NCBI GenBank assembly: GCA_965228875.1
Contig: OZ245843.1
Location: 3,454,616-3,518,615 of the forward strand
DNA: 64,000 bases
Source: Thalassobaculaceae bacterium
Lineage (GTDB): Bacteria; Pseudomonadota; Alphaproteobacteria; Thalassobaculales; Thalassobaculaceae
Direction: 5' to 3'
The notes under the pieces are model-generated. The model saw only the letters and a program-made list of their open reading frames with translations. It was not told where the DNA came from and made no database searches. The position numbers and the translations under genes were made by a program. Positions 18,599-28,415 of the stretch are shown here, piece by piece. Positions within the stretch are counted from its first letter, which is position 1, and every line of letters begins with the position of its first letter.

Positions 18599-21500
18599 TC
18601 AATAGTCGAGCTCGTAGTTGACGCCAACCCGGCTCTGGGAGTCGGCGCCGACATCGGTCTCCACCGAGACCGAATCCGTCACCTCGACCTCGACCACCGC
18701 CCGACTGGTGGCGCCGGACAGACCCTGCTGAAGCTTCAGGAAAACCCCCGGCGCGATGTATTTGCCGACTGACAGGGAGGCGCCGACGGAGCCGTCGTCA
18801 TTGGTTCCCGCGTCGACATCGAGCGTATCGACCCCAAGCGCGTCGCGCATCTGGTCGGTCACGCCGGGGCCGGAGCCGAAGTTCCCGGAGAGAATCGCCG
18901 CCGAGCGCGCCAGCTTCAGCGCCTGAACCGGCGTCAATTCCGCCTTGTCGGAGCCGAACAGCAGCCGCGACAGGATGTCCTCCTCGGGGAGTGCGGGATC
19001 GCTCTGCAGGCCGATGTCCGGCGCACTCGCCGTGCCGGAGACGACGACCGCGGCCGTGATGTCGGTCACCTCGGTGGTCAGGCGCATGTCGAGGCTCGGG
19101 TTCTCCGGCGGGCCGCCATCGAACACCACCCGGCCGCGCTCGAAGTCGAACGTGTTTCCGACCGCCGTCAGCCGCCCACGGCGCACGGCGATCTCGCCGT
19201 CGACCACCGGCGCGTCGGCGAGGCCGGTCACCGTCAGCCCGCCGCCCCATTCGCTGTCGAGGCCGCGACCGCGAACGAACACCTGACCGGGAATATCGAT
19301 CTCCAGATCGAGGCGCAGCGGCGCGTCGGGCGCTTCCTCGGGTTCCGCCTGCTCCTCCTCCCTGGGGACGACACGGCCGTCGCGCACTTCCACCACCTCG
19401 ATCTCGACGACGCTGGGAGGCAGACTGTCGGGGATGCGGATTTCCGTCGGCAGCACGGTGACGGTCCCGGCGAGCAGGTATTCCGGCAGGGCGCCGCTGA
19501 CCGCGAGGTCCAGATCGACCGAGAGCGAGGCGAGGTCGAGATCGACGGCGTTGAACTGTCGCGCCGTCACCGTGACCTCCGCCGGGAACCCGGTCTCCGG
19601 ATCGGCGGACAGGGTGCCCGACGCCGACAGGCTACCGCCCCCCTTGGCCTCCGCCTCGAACGTGCGGATCACCAGTTCCTGACCTTCGCCTTCCGCCCTG
19701 AGATCGATTTTGTGCAGGTAGAGCCCGGCCGATGGCAGGTCGAACTGGCCCTCCTCCACCGTCACGGTGCCTGCCAGGGCCGGATCGCCCAGCGTACCCC
19801 CGGCGGTCACCCGGACCTGGCCCGTGCCCGCGAGCGCCACCAGGTCGATCGGCAGAAAGGCGGAGATCCGGGCGAGGTCCAGGTCGGCATCGACCGCCGC
19901 CTGCAGCGCCGCATCCGTGTCGAAGAGCGGCGGCGCGCCGGCCGCCCCCGCGCGACCGTCGACCCGGCCCGACACCGAGGCCGTGGCCCCGGGACCGATC
20001 GAGGCCTTCAGTGCAACGCTCGCGCGCCGGTCGGCCAGGTCCCCGTTCAGGGTCGCCACCAGGGGCGGCACGTCCGCCAGGTCTGGGTCCAGCGTGCGCA
20101 CGCCGTCGGTAGCCAGCGCGATCCGCGCCGTCGGATTCTCCAGCGGCCCGGACACCGCGATCTCGCCCGCCACGGTGCCTTCCAGGGCCAGGGACGGATC
20201 GGCGAGCCGGGCGAGGGAGGCGGGCAGGGCCCGCACGGCCAGCGCGACGTCGAGCGCCGCCGGGTCGAGCCCGACGCGCCCGGCGATCCGGCCCTCCTCG
20301 ACCGCCAGGTCGATACCCGAGATCCGGAGCGCCGGCGCGGTGGCGATCTCCAGCGCCCGCATCTGGCGCACCGTCACGTCGCCGAACGCCCCCTCGAGCG
20401 CATCGACCACGACAGGCGCCGACGCCGGATCCAGCGGTACCGAGAGAGCCGCGTTCACCGTGACCGGGTGCCCGGCCTCGCCCGAGGCCTCTAGGGACAC
20501 GCGGGCGGCGCCGCCGGCGATGTCGGCAGCGAGCGCCACCGTGTCCAGCCGCGCGCCCCCCGCCGCCGCGCCGGACACGTCAAGATCGACCCGGCCGGCC
20601 ATCGCCCCGGTCAGGTCGCGCAGCCCGGCCCGCAGGCTGACCGCCTCGACCGTGGTGCCATCGTCGAGCGCGAGGCCGGAGAGACCGAGCGTCGCCTCCA
20701 CGCCCTGGCCGCCCGCATCGGTGAGACGGATTCGCCCTTCCAGCCCGCCCTCGGACAGCGGCAGGTCGAGGACCGTCCCCAGGATGCCGAGATCGGCCGC
20801 CCGCATCGTCAGATCGCCCCTCGCCAGGGTCGAGGCGAGGTCGAGCTCCGCTTCGCCGGCCAGCGTTGCCCCGAGCCCGTCGAGGGAGAGTTGCCCCACC
20901 CGCAGGCGATCGCCGTCCATGGCGTAGCCGAACGCGAGGTCCACCGGTTCGCCCCGCAGCACCGCCCGCGCCCTGACGCCGCCCTCCGGCCGGTCCGGCA
21001 GGCCCGCCGCGGTTGCCGAGCCGGTGATTCCGTCGACCGCCGTCCCACCGGCGACCAGATCGGTCACCCGCCAGGAGGCCGAGGCGGCCGGCGCCTCCAG
21101 CGTTCCGCCGAGAGACAGGGCCACCGCCGCCGCGCCCGAGAGATCGGTGCCGGCGACCGGCGTCAGCCGCGCGAGATCGTCTGCCCGCACCGTGATCGTG
21201 CCGCCGAGTTCGCCGGACGACAGTGCCAGGGAAAGGTCGCCGGCAGCCTGCGCCGCCGTCGTGCGCAGCTCGAGCCCCAGGAGTTCGAGCACCTGCGACG
21301 CGTCGAGATTCAGACCGCCGATCAGGACCGGGCTCGGTCCGACCGCCGCCTCCAGCGCCGGGTCGCCGAGGCCGAGATCGGAACCCGCCACCTCCACCGC
21401 CGCCGTCACCGCCACGGGATCGAGGTCGACCGTGCCGTCGACCGCCACCCGCGCAGCGCCGGACAGCTCGATGCCGGCGAGCGCGCGCAGTCGGGACAGG

Positions 21501-22981
21501 TCGGCGACGGTTAACACGAGATTGGGAGACAGACGATCGCCGGAGAGGTCGAACCTGCCGTCGATATCGAGCCCCTCGCCGCGCAGCGTCAGCGATTCCA
21601 CCACCGCCGCGGGGCCGTCTGGCGCGACCGTCCCGGAGGCGGCGAGGGTCACCTCGGGACCGAGCAGGGCGACCGCGTCCACGCCGTCCACCGCCGGCGT
21701 CTTCACGGCGCCATCGAGCGCGACCCGGATCTGCGGCGGCAGGCTGGCGACGGCCTCGTCCGCTTCGGCCCTGAGGCCGAGAGCGAGCCCGTCCAGCGCG
21801 GCCCCGGCGGCGGCCGGACGCCCGGTGAGGTCGACCGACAGTCGCCGGCCGTCGCCGTCGAGCCGCGCGGACACGGCGGCATCGCCGCCGAGCGCCGTCC
21901 CGGCCAGGTCGGAGAAGGCGGCGAGGTCAGGAACGGTCAGCTCCGCCTCGGCCGACCTGGGAACCCCTTCCGCGTCGATCACCGCCTTCGCCGCGAGCGT
22001 CAGCGCCGGCAGAGAGACCGTCAACTCGTCCACCCGAAGGACGCCGTCATGGCCGAGCGCCGCGGCGAGACGGAGGGCCGCCGCCGCCTCAAGGAGCGGA
22101 CGGGCGTCGGCCGGCGCCAGGCGCGCAAGGGCCGCCGACCCGTCGATCCCGAGGGCATAGCCCGAGGCATCGGAGCCGAGGACAAGGTCCAGATCCAGGC
22201 GCGCATCGGCGCCGAACCCGCCCTCGAGCGCGCCGCGCCAGTGATCCAGCCCACCCTCGCCGGTCAGGGACAGGGCGAGCGCCGGTCTCCCCTCCACCTG
22301 CAGCAGGTCGGCCAGCAGCCCGCCTTCCGGTTCGCGGATCGCGAGGTCGGCGCGCAGCACGCCGCTCGCCGGGATCAGGGCCACGTCGATCTCCGCGCGG
22401 GCCGGCGGACCCGAGGCGCGAACCGCCTCGATCCATCCCCGGGCGAGAACCTCGCGCGCGGTGAGCGCGGCCGACAGGTCCGCCGTGACCTCCACGCGCT
22501 CGCCGGTCAGGTCGGGCCCCAGGGTCAGCGCCGCAACCGACAGACGGTCGACGGACACCGCCACCGGCGGCATGTCGAACTTCAGGGACAGCGGCTCCGG
22601 CGGCGCGGCCTCGGTCGCGTCGGGTTCGTCGGGCAGCACCGGCGCCCGGTCCAGGCGGGCACCGGACACCTCGACCGCATCGACCGCGATCCGACCGGCG
22701 AGCAGATCGAGCACCCGCCACTCGATCGCCAGACGGTCGGCGTGCGCGAAGGTCCCGTCGCCGTCGCCAAGCGTGACGTCGCGCAGGACGATCCGATCGG
22801 GCAGCCGCCCGTCGATGGCGCCGACCCGCACCGCCACCGGTCCGCCGGCGGTCGCTTCCCCGACCAGGGCGGCGATCCGCTCCCGGCCCCAGTCCGTGTT
22901 GGCGAGACCGAAGGCGCCCAGGACCAGGACCGCGAGGAGCGCGATCAGGCCGGCCAGAGCGAGGAGCGCGCGCCGTAGCAT
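18599..22981 (-). CDS. tamB: Translocation and assembly module TamB
   Basis: N-terminal anchor, long beta-rich repeats, C-terminal DUF490-like region (VRGRGLDSEW, SDPALPEEDILSRLLFG, GKY); downstream of tamA. Confidence 0.92.
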   Translation of the reverse strand: MLRRALLALAGLIALLAVLVLGAFGLANTDWGRERIAALVGEATAGGPVAVRVGAIDGRLPDRIVLRDVTLGDGDGTFAHADRLAIEWRVLDLLAGRIAVDAVEVSGARLDRAPVLPDEPDATEAAPPEPLSLKFDMPPVAVSVDRLSVAALTLGPDLTGERVEVTADLSAALTAREVLARGWIEAVRASGPPARAEIDVALIPASGVLRADLAIREPEGGLLADLLQVEGRPALALSLTGEGGLDHWRGALEGGFGADARLDLDLVLGSDASGYALGIDGSAALARLAPADARPLLEAAAALRLAAALGHDGVLRVDELTVSLPALTLAAKAVIDAEGVPRSAEAELTVPDLAAFSDLAGTALGGDAAVSARLDGDGRRLSVDLTGRPAAAGAALDGLALGLRAEADEAVASLPPQIRVALDGAVKTPAVDGVDAVALLGPEVTLAASGTVAPDGPAAVVESLTLRGEGLDIDGRFDLSGDRLSPNLVLTVADLSRLRALAGIELSGAARVAVDGTVDLDPVAVTAAVEVAGSDLGLGDPALEAAVGPSPVLIGGLNLDASQVLELLGLELRTTAAQAAGDLSLALSSGELGGTITVRADDLARLTPVAGTDLSGAAAVALSLGGTLEAPAASASWRVTDLVAGGTAVDGITGSATAAGLPDRPEGGVRARAVLRGEPVDLAFGYAMDGDRLRVGQLSLDGLGATLAGEAELDLASTLARGDLTMRAADLGILGTVLDLPLSEGGLEGRIRLTDAGGQGVEATLGLSGLALDDGTTVEAVSLRAGLRDLTGAMAGRVDLDVSGAAAGGARLDTVALAADIAGGAARVSLEASGEAGHPVTVNAALSVPLDPASAPVVVDALEGAFGDVTVRQMRALEIATAPALRISGIDLAVEEGRIAGRVGLDPAALDVALAVRALPASLARLADPSLALEGTVAGEIAVSGPLENPTARIALATDGVRTLDPDLADVPPLVATLNGDLADRRASVALKASIGPGATASVSGRVDGRAGAAGAPPLFDTDAALQAAVDADLDLARISAFLPIDLVALAGTGQVRVTAGGTLGDPALAGTVTVEEGQFDLPSAGLYLHKIDLRAEGEGQELVIRTFEAEAKGGGSLSASGTLSADPETGFPAEVTVTARQFNAVDLDLASLSVDLDLAVSGALPEYLLAGTVTVLPTEIRIPDSLPPSVVEIEVVEVRDGRVVPREEEQAEPEEAPDAPLRLDLEIDIPGQVFVRGRGLDSEWGGGLTVTGLADAPVVDGEIAVRRGRLTAVGNTFDFERGRVVFDGGPPENPSLDMRLTTEVTDITAAVVVSGTASAPDIGLQSDPALPEEDILSRLLFGSDKAELTPVQALKLARSAAILSGNFGSGPGVTDQMRDALGVDTLDVDAGTNDDGSVGASLSVGKYIAPGVFLKLQQGLSGATSRAVVEVEVTDSVSVETDVGADSQSRVGVNYELDY

Positions 22982-22984
22982 GGC

Positions 22985-24847
22985 TCAGAACGCCTGGCCG
23001 AGGCTGAAGTAGACCTGGAACGCCTCGTCGCTGTCCCGAGGGTTCAGCGGGATCGCCAGATCGGCGCGGATCGGACCGATCGCCGTAAAATAGCGCAGGC
23101 CCAGTCCGGCCGCCCATTGCAGTTCCTCGTCCAGGCTCGGCACCTCCTGGTCGTAGACCTGTCCCGCGTCGATGAAGGGTACCACGCCGAAATCGCCGAA
23201 CACCCGCCAGCGCAGTTCCAGGGCGAAATCGAGCAGGGAGCTTCCGCCGGTCGGCTCGTTCCCGCTGTCCAGCGGACCGACGCTCTGGAAGGCGTAACCG
23301 CGCACCGAACCCGACCCGCCGGCGTAGAACCGCTTGTCGGCCGGCAGATTGCTGGTCGATGCGCCGACGGTCGTACCGATCCCGGCCCGCCCGGCCAGTA
23401 CCAGGTCGCCGTCGGCATCGAGGGCCAGATAGTGGGAATGCCGCAGAGAGGTCGAGTAGAACGACTGGGTGGACCCCAGGGACTCCAGATAGGGGGTGAA
23501 GGTCAGCCGGGTGCGCCAGCCGTCGCTCGGATTCAGCAGGTCGTCGGAGGTGTCGACCGTCGCCCCGACCGGCAGGCCCACGAGCGTGAAACGCCGCTCG
23601 ATCCCGTCGTCCTCGATATGGGAGCGCTCGAAGCTGACGCCGTAGTCGACCGAGAGCGCCTGGGAGAGCCGCCGGTCGAACCGACCGCCGACGGTGTAGC
23701 TCTCGCTGTCGTAGCCGTCGGTGCGGCGCTCGGCATAGCCGGACTTCACGGTGAAGTTCTGATCGTTGGCGATCACGTCGGGTAGGGTGAACGCGCCCGA
23801 CACGCTGCTTTCCGTCTCGCCGTAGACTGCCTCGAAGCGCAGCCGCTCGGCGCCGCCGAACAGGTTGCGGTGCTCCCAGTGCGCGCGGGTGCCGAGGCCT
23901 TCGGAGGTCGAGACGCTGACACCGGCGCCGATGCTGCGCGGCTCGCGCTCGCGGACAGTTACCGTGACCGGAAGCAGGCCGTCGGGACCCACTTCCTGCG
24001 CGAACGCGAGGGCCGCGGAATCGAACAGTCCGGTGCTGGTCAGCGCCCGCCGCCCCTTCTCGAGCCGGCGGATGTCCGCCGGTTCTCCATGGAACCACGG
24101 CAGGCGGCGCAGGATATAGTCGCGGGCGATGGTGTCGTTCCCGGTCACGGTGACGGGACCGAACCGGGCGCGCGGACCCGGATCGACGCGCAGCAGGACG
24201 CTCATGATCTTGGCGTCGCGGTCGATGGTCGCCACCCGCTCGAGCAGGCGGGCCAGGGGAAACGCCCGCTCCTGCAGCAGGCGGACGACCGAAGCCTCGG
24301 CGGCGACCACCTTTTCCGCCCGCGCCGGCGTTCCCGGCGTCAGACCGAGGGCGGCCTGAGGCAGGTCCAGCCCCGCGGCGGCAGTCCCGTCCGCGGCGCC
24401 GTCCGCGGCGCCGTCTGCGGCACCGTCTCCCGGCGCAATCCGGATTTCCGTGTCGCCGAAGCGATAGACCGGCCCGGCATCGCCGTACACCAGCACCCGC
24501 AGCGGTCCATCCGGATCCGTCGGCGGATCGATCCGATGGACGAAGACGGCGTCGTAGTAGCCGAGCGAGGCGGCGATGCTGGCGAACAGGCTCTCGTCTT
24601 CCCGCGCGCGGCGGGTCAGCGCCGACCGGGACGGCGGCGGGTCGTCGGCACGGGCGGCCAGAACCGAACTCTCGTTGACCAGCGCCTCCAGATCGTCGGC
24701 CCCGTCCAGCCCCTCGATCGCGACCTCGTAGCGGACGCCCCCGGTTCCGGCCTGGGCCGAGTCCTGCACCGAGTCCTGTGCCGGGGCCACACGGTAGGAT
24801 CCGGCGAGCAGGATCAGGCCAAGGAGGAGGGCAGATGCGAGGCGCAT
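22985..24847 (-). CDS. tamA: TamA/Omp85-family outer membrane protein
   Basis: Signal peptide, POTRA-like region, RFYAGGSGSVRGY, GLRYFTAIGPIRAD, C-terminal SLGQAF. Confidence 0.93.
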   Translation of the reverse strand: MRLASALLLGLILLAGSYRVAPAQDSVQDSAQAGTGGVRYEVAIEGLDGADDLEALVNESSVLAARADDPPPSRSALTRRAREDESLFASIAASLGYYDAVFVHRIDPPTDPDGPLRVLVYGDAGPVYRFGDTEIRIAPGDGAADGAADGAADGTAAAGLDLPQAALGLTPGTPARAEKVVAAEASVVRLLQERAFPLARLLERVATIDRDAKIMSVLLRVDPGPRARFGPVTVTGNDTIARDYILRRLPWFHGEPADIRRLEKGRRALTSTGLFDSAALAFAQEVGPDGLLPVTVTVREREPRSIGAGVSVSTSEGLGTRAHWEHRNLFGGAERLRFEAVYGETESSVSGAFTLPDVIANDQNFTVKSGYAERRTDGYDSESYTVGGRFDRRLSQALSVDYGVSFERSHIEDDGIERRFTLVGLPVGATVDTSDDLLNPSDGWRTRLTFTPYLESLGSTQSFYSTSLRHSHYLALDADGDLVLAGRAGIGTTVGASTSNLPADKRFYAGGSGSVRGYAFQSVGPLDSGNEPTGGSSLLDFALELRWRVFGDFGVVPFIDAGQVYDQEVPSLDEELQWAAGLGLRYFTAIGPIRADLAIPLNPRDSDEAFQVYFSLGQAF

Positions 24848-24955
24848 GAGCGCGACCGGACCGTCCGTCTGTGGTCAGAGCCCTCGGGTATAGGGGTCCG
24901 CCCGACCGGAGTCACGCCTGGAGCGCTCCTCCGCCGGGTCGGCCCGCGGACCGGC

Positions 24956-25003
24956 CACGCCCCAGAGCATGCCCCAGGACACGCCCCGGGTCATGCCCCG
25001 GGC
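24956..25003. repeat. 12-bp tandem repeat x4 (CAYGCCCCRGRN)
   Basis: cacgccccagag / catgccccagga / cacgccccgggt / catgccccgggc. Confidence 0.85.
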
Positions 25004-25225
25004 TCAGTCCTCCGGAAGGACGATGGGCTCGCGGGTGACGCGGTCCCCGGGCTTGTGGGTCAGCACGACCGCGGCCACCACGACCACCCCGATCACGAGG
25101 CAGATCAGCGTGAACAGATTGAACGCGTGGGTGTGCAGGTAGCGCAGACCGACGACGGCGAGAGCCGCGAAGGCGATCGCCATGAGGCCCCAGTGCCAGG
25201 CCTTGCCGAGAAAGATGTCAGCCAT
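25004..25225 (-). CDS. Small two-TM membrane protein coupled to the TAXI-TRAP permease
   Basis: AAGGAG RBS, overlaps the permease stop, two hydrophobic helices. Confidence 0.8.
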   Translation of the reverse strand: MADIFLGKAWHWGLMAIAFAALAVVGLRYLHTHAFNLFTLICLVIGVVVVAAVVLTHKPGDRVTREPIVLPED

Positions 25226-27227
25226 GGACGTCTCCTTTCCGGCCCGCGGCCGACGACACGGGAGCCCGGCGGCGGGTCAGGGCGATGGCGGCCCCGAGAC
25301 CGACGCCGGCAAGCGACAGGACGACCCCCGGAACTCCGAAGAAATCGATCGTCGGCGGCAGCAGCGACAGCACCGCGGCGACGAAGACCAGCAACCGGAA
25401 CACGCCCTTCAGCGGGCCGTAGAGCCAGGACTCCAGCGACGCCGACAGCAGCCACAGACCGGCGACCGCCGCCAGGGCCGAATACACGGTCCACAGGATC
25501 GATCCCTCGAAGATCAGGGACGGATTGTAGACGAAGGCGAACGGGACCAGGTACTTGGCGATACCGACGCGGGCCGACTCGACCGCCGTCTCCATCGGCG
25601 GTGTCTTGGCGATCGCCGCCCCGGCAAAGGCGGCCAGGGCCACCGGCGGGGTGATGGTCGAGACCACGCCGAAGTAGAAGGCGAACAGGTGCGCCGCCAT
25701 GGGCAGCACGTCGAGCTTCTCCAGGGACGGCACGATCAGCGCCGAGACGGTGATGTAGACCGCCGTCGTCGTCATTCCCATGCCGAGGATGATCGCCGCC
25801 ACCGCCGTCAGCCCCAGCAGGATCAGCAGGTTGCCGCCGGACAGTTCGATCACCGACTGGGTGAACTTGAGGCCGAGGCCGGAGACAAAGACCGAGCCGA
25901 TGATGATGCCGGCGCAGGCGCAGGCGATGCTCACGGCCACCGACGAGCGGATACCGCTCTCGAATGCCGCCAGAATGTCGGCCGGACTCATCCGGGTATG
26001 GGGATTGATGAAGCTGAGCGCGATCAGCGCCAGGATGCCCCAGAACGCCGACATCATCGGCGTGTAGCCGACGATCAGGAAGAAGATCAGAACGGCCAAG
26101 GCCAGCAGCAGGTGCCAGCCGTCCTTGAGCACCGCCATGACCTGGGGCAGGCGGTCCCGCGAGATCCGCTCGATGCCGGTCTTCTCCGCCTCGAAGTGCA
26201 CCATGAAGTAGATGGTGGCGAAGTACAGGAAGGCCGGGATCACCGCCGCCAGAATGACGTAGACATAGGGCAGCGCCAGGTTCTCGGCGATGATGAACGC
26301 GGCGGCGCCCATGATCGGCGGCGTGATCTGACCGCCGGAGGAGGCGCAGGCCTCGACCGCGGCGGCGAACTTCGCCCGGTATCCGAGGTTCTTCATCAGC
26401 GGAATGGTGAAGGAACCGGTGGTCACCACATTGGCGACGGCGGAGCCGGATACCGTGCCCATGAAACCGGACGCCACGGTCGCCGCCTTGGCCGGACCGC
26501 CGACCCGGTGACCCGTCAGCGCCACCGCGAGGTCGATGAAGAACCGGCCGGCGCCGGAGCGGATCAGCAGGCCGCCGAAGATGATGAACAGCACGATATA
26601 TGTCGCCGCGACGTGCAGCGGGATGCCGAAGATGCCGTCGGTGCTCATGAACATCGTGTCGATGTACTTCGCCGGCCGGGTCGGCGGCCCATAGAAGAAG
26701 CCGAAGAACTTGTGGGCGTAGAGCGCGTGAACGATGAAGAACCCGGTCACGCAGACCATTGCGACCCCGACCGTGCGGCGGGTCGCCTCCAGCACAAGCG
26801 CGATGCAGATCGTGCCGACGATCAGGTCGCCCTCATCCTTGGAGCCGAGGCGCAGCTGGAAGGCGTCGATGTCCCACATCGTCCACAGATGAACGAAGAT
26901 CACCCCCAGGACCAGAATCAGGTCGATGCCGAAGCCCAGGGCCTTCAGCGGACTGTCGATCGGATCGAAATGGGATCGTCGGAACAGCGGATGAATCAGC
27001 ATCGCCAGCACCATCATCACCGTGAGGTGCGTGGTGCGGAACGACCGGCCTTCGGGGGTGCCGAACACCGCCACGTAGAGGTGGAGGAACGCCAGGCCGA
27101 CCGCGATGACGACGCAGAAGAACGTGATCGTCCAGGGCAGCGTCCAGCGTTTCTGGATCAGCAGGCGCTCAAGAAACGTGAGCTCCTTCACCTCACCGTA
27201 GTCGAGGGCGGATCGTGTCTGGCTCAT
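25218..27227 (-). CDS. TRAP transporter fused 4TM/12TM permease (TAXI type)
   Basis: GGPAK, GTVSGSAVANV, EACASSGGQITPPIMGAAAF, GMGMTTT, ITPPVALAAF. Confidence 0.95.
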   Translation of the reverse strand: MSQTRSALDYGEVKELTFLERLLIQKRWTLPWTITFFCVVIAVGLAFLHLYVAVFGTPEGRSFRTTHLTVMMVLAMLIHPLFRRSHFDPIDSPLKALGFGIDLILVLGVIFVHLWTMWDIDAFQLRLGSKDEGDLIVGTICIALVLEATRRTVGVAMVCVTGFFIVHALYAHKFFGFFYGPPTRPAKYIDTMFMSTDGIFGIPLHVAATYIVLFIIFGGLLIRSGAGRFFIDLAVALTGHRVGGPAKAATVASGFMGTVSGSAVANVVTTGSFTIPLMKNLGYRAKFAAAVEACASSGGQITPPIMGAAAFIIAENLALPYVYVILAAVIPAFLYFATIYFMVHFEAEKTGIERISRDRLPQVMAVLKDGWHLLLALAVLIFFLIVGYTPMMSAFWGILALIALSFINPHTRMSPADILAAFESGIRSSVAVSIACACAGIIIGSVFVSGLGLKFTQSVIELSGGNLLILLGLTAVAAIILGMGMTTTAVYITVSALIVPSLEKLDVLPMAAHLFAFYFGVVSTITPPVALAAFAGAAIAKTPPMETAVESARVGIAKYLVPFAFVYNPSLIFEGSILWTVYSALAAVAGLWLLSASLESWLYGPLKGVFRLLVFVAAVLSLLPPTIDFFGVPGVVLSLAGVGLGAAIALTRRRAPVSSAAGRKGDVHG

Positions 27228-27269
27228 CTCGGCCGTCCCAGGTGTCTAAGTCGGTAAACAACAGAGAGG

Positions 27270-27297
27270 GGCGGGCGCCGGTCGGCCGGCGCCCGCC
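27270..27297 (-). terminator. 12-bp-stem hairpin between the TAXI binding-protein and permease genes
   Basis: GGCGGGCGCCGG-tcgg-CCGGCGCCCGCC followed by CCTCTCTGTTGTTT on the minus strand. Confidence 0.6.
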
Positions 27298-27318
27298 AAA
27301 TTCTGCGCTGTCGAGCAG

Positions 27319-28287
27319 TCAGCTCGCCGGGCGCACGCCCTTCTCTTCGTAATAGCGGGCAGCCCCCGGATGGATCGGCACCGACGCGCCGTTCAGCGCG
27401 TTCTCAAGGGTGACCGAGTTCCAGACCTTCTTCACCTCGGCGAAGGCGGCGTGGTTGTCCCAGAACACGCCCGCCATGTCGTAGACGAGGTCATCCGGCA
27501 GATCCTTGTTGACGATCATGCTGGTGACGATGCCGAGGGTCGGGATGTCCTTCTCGACGCCCTCGTAGGCCGCCGGCGTGATGGTGCCGCGGATGTAGCC
27601 CGGATTGGCGTTGATGATCTCCGTCAGCTTCGGCTCCGGCACGCCGATGAAGCGCAGCCCCGGGCTGTGGTTCAGCTCGATGAACGACGCCTGCGGCATG
27701 GAGGTGGCGGCCATGAACACCTCGATATGGCCGTCCTTCATCAGGGCGACCGACTCGGTGTAGTCCACGTGGTGGACGGTGCCGCCGTTGTTCTTGATGT
27801 CGCTGAAGTCGAAGCCGTAGGCCTTGAGGATCGACTCGGCGAAGGCGGTACCGGTCCAGCCGGTCTTGCCCGGCGAGATGTTGGCGCCGGTCATGTCCTC
27901 GAACGACATGATCTTGCTGTCACGCGGGACCGCGACCTGGAAGGTCGACGGATACAGCGTGGCGAAATAGGCGACGTCCTTGACCGCCTTGTCGAACTTG
28001 CCCGTGCCGTTGAAGCCGTTGGCCGCGGTGTGGGCGTAGGTCCAGCCGATCTCGGCGTCGCCGCCGCCGACCGCCTTGACGTTGGAGATGCCGCCGCCGG
28101 ACGTGTTCGAGGTGGCGAGGCCGTCGATCTTGTCCTGCATGACCTGCATGATCTTGGCGCCGAGCGGGTACCAGGAACCGCCGGACGGACCGGAGACCAT
28201 GCGCAGGAACTGATCGGCGCTGGCGCCGGTGGCGCCGAGGGCGAGCAGGGGAGCGGCGACGATCGCCGCGCGTGCGAGACGTTTCAT
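27319..28287 (-). CDS. TAXI-family TRAP solute-binding protein
   Basis: Signal peptide, SGPSGGSWYPLG, TSGGGISN, PIHPGAARYY. Confidence 0.95.
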   Translation of the reverse strand: MKRLARAAIVAAPLLALGATGASADQFLRMVSGPSGGSWYPLGAKIMQVMQDKIDGLATSNTSGGGISNVKAVGGGDAEIGWTYAHTAANGFNGTGKFDKAVKDVAYFATLYPSTFQVAVPRDSKIMSFEDMTGANISPGKTGWTGTAFAESILKAYGFDFSDIKNNGGTVHHVDYTESVALMKDGHIEVFMAATSMPQASFIELNHSPGLRFIGVPEPKLTEIINANPGYIRGTITPAAYEGVEKDIPTLGIVTSMIVNKDLPDDLVYDMAGVFWDNHAAFAEVKKVWNSVTLENALNGASVPIHPGAARYYEEKGVRPAS

Positions 28288-28415
28288 TGAGTTTCCTCCA
28301 TCGTGTCCACTTCACGTCGGCCATCTTCCGCAGCCGTCCGGCGACAAGGTTGCATCGGCGCGGTACCGTGGCAAGGGACCTTAGAAACTCGGGGAGAACG
28401 AAACCGGCCGACCGG

